Shown here: positions 18,901 to 24,045 of the stretch, piece after piece
Layout: each line of letters opens with the position of its first letter
How positions within the stretch are numbered: the stretch's first letter is position 1
IMG/VR virus record: IMGVR_UViG_3300017747_002283
Span: 1-24,045 of that record
Length of the DNA: 24,045 nucleotides
DNA from: a virus
Taxonomy: Duplodnaviria > Caudoviricetes
Reading direction: 5' to 3' (one strand)
Position numbers and translations under genes: made by a program
The notes under the pieces: model-generated
Seen by the model: only the letters and a program-made list of their open reading frames with translations
What the model was told of the DNA's origin: nothing
The model's database searches: none

Positions 18901-20299
18901 GAGGGACTATATATGTTGCTCCAAGAGTTACACCCGGAGCAGTCAAAGTAACTGCAGCACCAGCAAGCGTTGAGTCAGTTGTAACAGTAAGCGTTGTTGT
19001 AGTAATTGATTTAACGTAATAGTTAGTTCCTGCAGTTAATCCAGCAACAGTTACTGTAAATTGAATAATTTGACCAACAACTAGATTGTGACCACCAGCA
19101 ATGGTCAATGTTGACGACGAGGCTGTACCAGTAAAAGCTAATGGTGTTTCATCTTTAGTGACTAATACAGTTCTTACGTCAATATCTTGAAAGAAGAAAT
19201 CCTGAGCTTGATCAATTTTTAAACAAAATCCTGATGCACCATCACGAGTTAAAATGTAGTTATCTGGGTTTTTAGCTGTTTTTGAAAATACATTGTAAGT
19301 AACGCCACCTACTGGATGTGATTGTGATGTAATGCGTTGCGTATCACTAGTATTGTAATTCCACTCACCAAAACCAGTAGCTGTACTAGAAGCTATTGCA
19401 CCATTATTTAAAATGTTAGCTCCATCTGCTCGGACTACAAACGTACCTCCTGTTCCACCAGTTGGAGTTATAGCCGTTCCGCCAATTGACGCAGATATTT
19501 GAAAGCCTGTACTTGCTAAGCCAGTAGAAATGACGTAATAGGTCGTACCGGCAACAATATTAGTTACAGTAGAAGTCTGGAAAATTACTGGTTGATTTGC
19601 AATAAACCGACTGGATGCAGGTGTTACATAGGAAATAGTAGCAGTCCCTAACGTAACCGTAACACTGACAAACACAGTTGGCGGTGACCCAAAACTAGTA
19701 GTGTCAATTGCAGATTTATTGGTATTACTAAGTGCTCTTACAATAATAGATGTTGCTGTGGCAATAGGCGTGTACGGAGATACATCTACGAGTTGAGGAA
19801 TAGATTCACCTTCAACAACATTGTCGTTCATACGTACGCGAAACAATGCCTGTGACCCACCAGCTACACCATAAATGTATTGACCGAATGAGGTCATGCG
19901 CACGTTTTCACTATTGCTAAAAGCAAAAGACGCACCAGTAGTACGATCTAAAATTTCAACAGGTTGATTATTGGACGTTCCGTAAGTAGTTGTGTCCCAA
20001 TAATATAATTTGCCATTACAAGTAAATACAATCTTACTTTGCTGGCCATTGTCTTTTAGTGCAACAGTTTCCCAAATAGGTTGGGTCAATGCAAAGTTAG
20101 GGCTACCAGTAGTTGAGTGCCAACACGTATTCCACCCATTGCGCGGTTGTAACGTATTACCGTATATCTGCAGGTTGTCGAGTTTTTGAAAAAACCCTTC
20201 TTGCAGTTTATTTGGAGAATTGTATGTATCAAGTCCAGTAAATTTAGCATCGCCCAACGTAAATGCTTGCTGGTTATTTGTTACTAATCTTGAAGACAT
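15965..20299 (-). CDS. Tail nozzle / tail tubular protein B-like protein (P22 gp10 / T7 gp12-like position) with large beta-rich insertions (1444 aa)
   Basis: The N-terminus FTGLDTYNSP...LDNL..GNTLQPRNG and the C-terminal propeller-like strands (YNQRLFV, IYAS, TYVYD...W, LYAGGRDGKLYKL) are typical of podoviral nozzle proteins. It lies just upstream of the ejection trio and is coupled by TAATG at both ends. Confidence 0.65.
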   Translation of the reverse strand: MSSRLVTNNQQAFTLGDAKFTGLDTYNSPNKLQEGFFQKLDNLQIYGNTLQPRNGWNTCWHSTTGSPNFALTQPIWETVALKDNGQQSKIVFTCNGKLYYWDTTTYGTSNNQPVEILDRTTGASFAFSNSENVRMTSFGQYIYGVAGGSQALFRVRMNDNVVEGESIPQLVDVSPYTPIATATSIIVRALSNTNKSAIDTTSFGSPPTVFVSVTVTLGTATISYVTPASSRFIANQPVIFQTSTVTNIVAGTTYYVISTGLASTGFQISASIGGTAITPTGGTGGTFVVRADGANILNNGAIASSTATGFGEWNYNTSDTQRITSQSHPVGGVTYNVFSKTAKNPDNYILTRDGASGFCLKIDQAQDFFFQDIDVRTVLVTKDETPLAFTGTASSSTLTIAGGHNLVVGQIIQFTVTVAGLTAGTNYYVKSITTTTLTVTTDSTLAGAAVTLTAPGVTLGATYIVPQHNSGLYALTFYAYNQDDLTNFVSQNNLDVTVQGYWKTATSAFSSSNEIAGAVLQTTIEIAAGQSSADWQKIQIIVDFRLYDKILTGLKVRMQAGFNRGGDSFVYLDDFTCHPVNSRFQLSETQDDPKGLVKINTNQANTTFINEVLPTNPFVDYVQNEYVKINITPTVEFTASINNAAITTTSPHGLNVGNAILFTTTVGGTSTSTTYYVKGISSPTQFVVTTDQTLIGNVFIFSANVAVTTNYYQATVDLRNVQSVSVASAFSDKINQSVPPFSLGIRNGNSMYFTGQCTYDKDQGFLTWALFPIVTSARAQVAAIYIKNDFDLNGFYNNEWVISFGNVVRQGSLTPDSIYTYTFSLWRPYTLPTTTSAPSWASVNFTVPINGTVLTTSAAHYLGVGSALTFTGTVGGVSTTTTYYVKTIPSSTTFTITTDPSLIGTTFQFSAAVTTGANQFTPTPEVPSGNGFETVPSKLSNEVTVTSAINSVTLSIPYTCTQLKNGLTGSTPVYKYCLIYRNNARTGGVQPKLIGFIDLDTGSVYSSGSVWKGLTTSSSGVSTNLTITDQVEDSSLFFDNGPGTLGYRLRTGKDQFPIGADVVATYNQRLFVSKKNAIYASWLLNPGNEYGVYTTLLPDVTDPEIAIKGTQFSISNKTDEEQIQAMITVQGDGLIRDNSTTAAMVIMRERSTYLLTGDSPQNFASQGFLQQGTAGLVAKRGYATVMNRLVYLTASGLMELQSTVLTPKSLALEGVLNINSQNFTTQSNNYISPSLYSKVVVASQDRRIIMLAPTQTDTSTTANSRTYVYDHRNQGWFTWINPVGFTSLVVLEAADDTQELYAGGRDGKLYKLESWSDNVYASTANTTRTSTPIAWEISTRQYGQTFAEGAMYYSANKLHSLLLHIDNQGAVEMYINWSITSIKGYSTTGIYAWHPSTNEVVSLRSISRTADAQAFNINLTGSTAHPWRMFALHATTTEGNTPRT
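17530..19672 (-). repeat. Four dispersed ~80-aa FCCH-like (HGL..G..I.F....GG....TYYV) modules within the 1444-aa protein
   Basis: Approximate spans are 19672-19430, 19140-18905, 18398-18155 and 17773-17530. Cores: FIANQPVIF..GTTYYVIS; HNLVVGQIIQF..GTNYYVKS; HGLNVGNAILF..TTYYVKG; HYLGVGSALTF..TTYYVKT. Confidence 0.8.
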
Positions 20300-20556
20300 T
20301 ATGTTTGCTCCTTAGTCCACGTAGATCCTAGCGTACCGGGGCGCGACCATGGATCAGTTGGTGTACTTGCTCTAGTATACGTGCTAGTAACAGTACCTTC
20401 TGGAACCCACAAACTACTGACCGTGCCGTCCTGTGTATATACAGATGTCACTGTGCCGGGACGTGTCCATAAATCAGTTGACACAGGTGGTGTTGTAGTG
20501 CTGCTACTTACACCACCTAGCCAGAACCCTAATATACTTCTGTATCCAGCTGCCAT
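20299..20556 (-). CDS. Small Thr/Ser-rich protein with six 10-aa repeats (85 aa), probably virion-associated
   Basis: It fills the gap between two large genes exactly, with TAATG coupling on both sides. Aromatic residues fall at positions 30, 40, 50, 60, 70 and 80. Confidence 0.7.
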   Translation of the reverse strand: MAAGYRSILGFWLGGVSSSTTTPPVSTDLWTRPGTVTSVYTQDGTVSSLWVPEGTVTSTYTRASTPTDPWSRPGTLGSTWTKEQT

Positions 20557-22172
20557 TATGCAGGATCACTTCCTGTAATAGGTACAGCTCCAGAGTCAGT
20601 CGTTAACGTGGATGTCCACGCTGTAGTAACGTCATCTTCGGCATACACAGTTAACGTAGTTGATGATGCTGTAAATTTATTACGCAAGATACGCAATGCA
20701 CTTGTAACAGTACGTCCACCATCAGCGCCACCAGAAATAGTGCGTCCTAATACACGATCTGCAATTTCAGCAGTTGCATCCGCAGCTAAAGCATTTGCAC
20801 CAATAGCATCTGTAGCAATAGCCGCGGCTGTAACTACGTTGGCTTGCATCTGATGAACGTTTGCCGCAATATGATTCTGGGCATTGATAACAACTTCATT
20901 GGTGGTTGGCGATGCAATCGTACGCACTACTCTTGCACCAAACGAGTCAGCCGTTGTGTAACTTGCGAGTAACGCATTCCATACCGCTTGTGCTGTTTGT
21001 GTAGAAGTAAGCGGAGCCGTATATGTAAACGTAGGCATAGCATTTTTAAGATACGTGCCAGCAAAACCAGCTGAAGAATATGCAGATATATTTGTGTTCC
21101 AAATGTCAGTAACAGATGGCGGGGCAGTATATGTAAATGATGCCATACGACTTGATACCTGAGCATCAACATTAGTTTTAAGTTGAAGTCCAATGGAGCT
21201 AGTAGTTGTTACAGCACTAGCTAATACATCCCAAACAGACACAGGAGTAATGTCATTAAATCCAGTAATGTTTGTTGTTTTAGCAAGAACAATATTAGTA
21301 CCAGCTGTTAGTGTTCTTGTTGTTGCAGCCCATGTGTTTGACACCATGTTTCCTATAATGTTTCCAGCAGAACCAGCTGAGTACGAACCCGGTAGTGCAG
21401 TTGACCATGGATCTGCAGCCGATCCTGCTGCATTTAATTTAAATCCAGCTTGACCAGATGTATATGATCCCGGTAATGCCTCAGACCATACCTGTGTAGC
21501 AATAGATGCTGCGGTAGGAGGAGCTGTTGCAAGCGAGTAACCAGTCTTGTCAGATACGGTTCCTGCTGTAACTGCACCAGAAGCAAGAGATATCTGTCCA
21601 GCTCCTGTACCACTTGACAACAGAACGCTGGCTCCAATATCTCTTGCAGTTTGGTTAGTGCCATTTATCTGCAACGTGTTTACTGCACCAGCCGTATTAA
21701 CTGAAAGCGGAAGCCCTCCTACAACACCAGCATTAAAGTTTGGTAGTGCAGTAATACCAAGCCGAACTGCATCCATTAAGTCAACGGCAATAAGTTGGTA
21801 CTCAACAAATACAGGAGCAACGCCAGTACATTGAATACTGATTAACAACTGAGTTGAGTTAGCAACAGCAAACCTAGCGTCCGCAATTTGTATTTCGTAT
21901 ACTCCCGGAAAGTTTGTGGCATCTACTTCTCTAAACCGACATTTACTTGCTGTTGGTGCAGCAAATGTACCAAGCGTAGTAATTGTTTCAACGTTTGTAG
22001 CAGCACTTGTGTATGTGGTTGCTGTAGCTTCAAGGTCGGCAATCGTTGAGATAATCAAACCACTGGATGTACTTGTTAAAGCAGTCTTACCAGCACCAGT
22101 AGTAGAAGCAGAGTCCTGTAGAAATACACGCAGGATATTACTGGTAGCACCACGTTTAAGAATTTCTTTCAT
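20556..22172 (-). CDS. Ala/Thr-rich virion structural / fibre-like protein with VW-type repeats (538 aa)
   Basis: Beta-rich N-terminal domain (EVDATNFPGVYEIQIADA), then repeats QVWSEALPGSYTSGQAG / DPWSTALPGSYSAGSAG / SVWDVLASA / DIWNTNISAYSSAGFAG / AVWNALLASYTTADSFG. C-terminal LTVYAEDDVTTAWT module. ATG is 1 nt after the upstream TAG. Confidence 0.65.
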   Translation of the reverse strand: MKEILKRGATSNILRVFLQDSASTTGAGKTALTSTSSGLIISTIADLEATATTYTSAATNVETITTLGTFAAPTASKCRFREVDATNFPGVYEIQIADARFAVANSTQLLISIQCTGVAPVFVEYQLIAVDLMDAVRLGITALPNFNAGVVGGLPLSVNTAGAVNTLQINGTNQTARDIGASVLLSSGTGAGQISLASGAVTAGTVSDKTGYSLATAPPTAASIATQVWSEALPGSYTSGQAGFKLNAAGSAADPWSTALPGSYSAGSAGNIIGNMVSNTWAATTRTLTAGTNIVLAKTTNITGFNDITPVSVWDVLASAVTTTSSIGLQLKTNVDAQVSSRMASFTYTAPPSVTDIWNTNISAYSSAGFAGTYLKNAMPTFTYTAPLTSTQTAQAVWNALLASYTTADSFGARVVRTIASPTTNEVVINAQNHIAANVHQMQANVVTAAAIATDAIGANALAADATAEIADRVLGRTISGGADGGRTVTSALRILRNKFTASSTTLTVYAEDDVTTAWTSTLTTDSGAVPITGSDPA

Positions 22173-22173
22173 G

Positions 22174-23535
22174 CTAACCTCTCATACCACCAGAAATGCC
22201 GGGATGCACAATCATTCCGCCACCACTACTACCCGATGCAGTAAAGTCATCAATAAGCAACTGCATTGGGAACCAGTTTGTAGTAGTGTCTGTCCATGCT
22301 CCAGTTCCAGCCCTAGTTGTTAAATGAAAAGTGCCATCTGGTATGAATCCACTACTTACATCAACAGATGAAGATGGTTCAATGTACGTCATGCATCCAA
22401 GTGATGCAGAGATTGCCTCTACAACAATCCTGTAATCCGTATTAGGAGACAACGCGGTCAGTGTAGATTCATCAAAGTAATAATCATGTACTATCTGGTT
22501 ATTTGTATTATATGCTTCAAAGTTATTGTATGTTCTGTCTTGCAATACAGTGTTTGATGAGTCTAGTAATTTAAGTGTCCATTGTGCAGCAGCATTTGTT
22601 GGCCCAATTCCCATACGTACACCAGCTACTTTAAAAGTAGTACATACGCTTGACGGTAACTTGAATTTTATTCCACGTTGGTTAGGTGTTGATCCACTAT
22701 TCCATGAACCAATTGATGATGCTGTATACCCCAGTTTGTATTGCCGTGTAGCTGTCCCACAACCAAAGTTTGGTATATAAAAACTCGATGATTTAGCTTC
22801 TGGTACTCCATTAATTATGTTGTATGTATATGGAAATGCATTATTTGCACTACCCATACCAGTACCCATGGTTGTTCTAAATCTAAGCCGGTTAGTTGAG
22901 TTCCACGTACCAGAAAGAGCTTGTATTGCTAATGCATAATATTGACCACGCGTGATCGTTGCAGTGTTTGTGAGAGTCCACGACTCAACACTAAAGTCTG
23001 TAAAGTTAGTGCCATTTGTTGCTAAATCTACATAACCAATCCAGTTCTGTGAGGGAAGTCCACCAGTAAGGGTTACTGTATGCGTACCTGTACCAGCCGT
23101 TGCAAATGTTATAGCAGTACCACTTGGCGTAGCACCTACAGTTATAACTGTAGAAGATTGCGAAAGAACAAAGTATGTTGTGCCTGACGTTATAGCAGCT
23201 GGAAGAGCACCACCAGCATTAGTAAACACTACTGCCTGACCAACTGTGAGTGCCATAGATCCTGTAAACGTTCCGTTGACAGAAGTGGTAGTTGCAGTAA
23301 ATGTAACTGTCGTTGATGCCGTAGTTGTAACAGTCTGCAGTCCAACCCTAGTAGTACCCGGTGTACCTGTTCTGACATCAACGTATGCTGTAACACGATC
23401 AATCACTGCATTTTCTTCAGCAAGCGCAATGTACGAAATAACATCTCCAACTGCTTGTATTTCTTTCGTAGTTGGGGAAGCAATTGACGAGTACATTGGG
23501 ACTTCGGCTGGAACTAATGCACGTATCTTAGCCAT
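22174..23535 (-). CDS. Beta-rich virion structural protein (453 aa) with one inserted FCCH-like module
   Basis: Two similar beta-sandwich-like halves (TITRGQYYALAIQA / ALSPNTDYRIVVEA), an insert LTVGQAVVF...GTTYFVLS, and a Gly-rich C-terminal tail GGGMIVHPGISGGMRG. The start overlaps the upstream ORF by 8 nt. Confidence 0.65.
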   Translation of the reverse strand: MAKIRALVPAEVPMYSSIASPTTKEIQAVGDVISYIALAEENAVIDRVTAYVDVRTGTPGTTRVGLQTVTTTASTTVTFTATTTSVNGTFTGSMALTVGQAVVFTNAGGALPAAITSGTTYFVLSQSSTVITVGATPSGTAITFATAGTGTHTVTLTGGLPSQNWIGYVDLATNGTNFTDFSVESWTLTNTATITRGQYYALAIQALSGTWNSTNRLRFRTTMGTGMGSANNAFPYTYNIINGVPEAKSSSFYIPNFGCGTATRQYKLGYTASSIGSWNSGSTPNQRGIKFKLPSSVCTTFKVAGVRMGIGPTNAAAQWTLKLLDSSNTVLQDRTYNNFEAYNTNNQIVHDYYFDESTLTALSPNTDYRIVVEAISASLGCMTYIEPSSSVDVSSGFIPDGTFHLTTRAGTGAWTDTTTNWFPMQLLIDDFTASGSSGGGMIVHPGISGGMRG

Positions 23536-23779
23536 TTAACTTAACCCATAAACCTTGTGGGTCATCAGAATTCAGAGTTGCTGAGATGTTGACATTACCA
23601 CTCTTCATATATTCAATAAACAACAACGACCGCAATAACGCGCCCGATATATCATTTAGCATCTCTTCGGAATAGGCTTCTAGTTCTTCGAGTGATGGTG
23701 GGCCAAATGTTTTATCATCAAACTTGACTACCCAAGATTGATCAAAAACGACATCTTCCAATGTTATTGTGCGATTCAT
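23528..23779 (-). CDS. Hypothetical acidic protein (83 aa)
   Basis: ATG directly follows the holin stop (TAA ATG) and the end overlaps the next gene, filling the gap exactly. No recognisable motif. Confidence 0.65.
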   Translation of the reverse strand: MNRTITLEDVVFDQSWVVKFDDKTFGPPSLEELEAYSEEMLNDISGALLRSLLFIEYMKSGNVNISATLNSDDPQGLWVKLNG

Positions 23780-24043
23780 TTATTGCACCAGTTTGTTCAT
23801 TTTAGATTCAATAAATTTATTCATCCATTGAACTGATCGCAATCCCAATGTTCCAATTAAAAACGAAAGACCAAGCAACTGACTATGCTTAGTCCATCCT
23901 AATTGCTCAGCTATTAATGGTGTCAAGTACAGCGCACTAAACGCACCAGCAGCAACAGTTACAACACCTTGTATTACAGAATTAATCTGCTTCCAATCAG
24001 TGCCAATCATTGCTCCAGCAAAACCTGCAGCAAGTTGATTCCA
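23780..24043 (-). CDS. Putative holin (about 3 transmembrane segments), 5' truncated by the window edge
   Basis: The frame is open upstream of the ORF-track start (WNQLAAGFAGAMIGTDW...). Hydrophobic segments LAAGFAGAMIG, VVTVAAGAFSALYLTPLI and LLGLSFLIGTLGL are followed by a basic tail (NKFIESKMNK), a lambda-S/LydA-like holin layout. Confidence 0.65.
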   Translation of the reverse strand, partial: WNQLAAGFAGAMIGTDWKQINSVIQGVVTVAAGAFSALYLTPLIAEQLGWTKHSQLLGLSFLIGTLGLRSVQWMNKFIESKMNKLVQ

Positions 24044-24045
24044 AT

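Noticed and set aside
17530-19672. Diversity-generating retroelement TR/VR pair or CRISPR-like array among the repeats
   Set aside because: The repeats are similar at protein level only, with no near-identical DNA copies or adenine-specific mismatch pattern visible. No reverse transcriptase or repeat-spacer structure is present in the window.
806-23539. Many short plus-strand and alternate-frame ORFs (e.g. 909..1310, 1596..2051, 8070..8360, 13534..13923, 13889..14284, 21916..22323, 23246..23539)
   Set aside because: They lie opposite or inside long, well-coupled genes, carry no recognisable motifs, and are best explained as shadow frames.
1-24045. Genome-wide TAG reassignment (genetic code 15)
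   Set aside because: TAG ends dnaB and the 597-, 315- and 453-aa genes, the last three just before the next start. More than 7000 codons of late genes contain no internal TAG. Only the endolysin has one.

Overview
This is a 24-kb slice of a tailed dsDNA bacteriophage (or prophage) genome with podovirus-like gene order. Bases <3-809 (+) encode the C-terminal part of a DnaB-type replicative helicase. It meets head-on, with a 21-bp 3' overlap, a tightly coupled minus-strand late operon that fills the rest of the window. In transcription order the operon contains: a holin-like protein (5' truncated), an 83-aa hypothetical, 453-aa and 538-aa Thr/Ala-rich virion proteins, an 85-aa protein with a 10-residue periodicity, a 1444-aa tail nozzle-like protein with inserted carbohydrate-binding-like and FCCH-like modules, a 156-aa tail protein, three cysteine-free putative ejection proteins (315, 597 and 3712 aa; the giant one has a zincin HExxH motif), and a CHAP endolysin. 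The most striking observation is that the endolysin (1568-789) is one continuous frame except for a single in-frame TAG at codon 66, lying between the catalytic Cys and His. TAG is an ordinary stop in four other genes here, so this is either gene-specific amber readthrough/suppression of lysis or a recent nonsense mutation or consensus error. No rRNA, tRNA, CRISPR array or mobile element was seen. All product calls come from motifs read by eye and from synteny, not from database searches.
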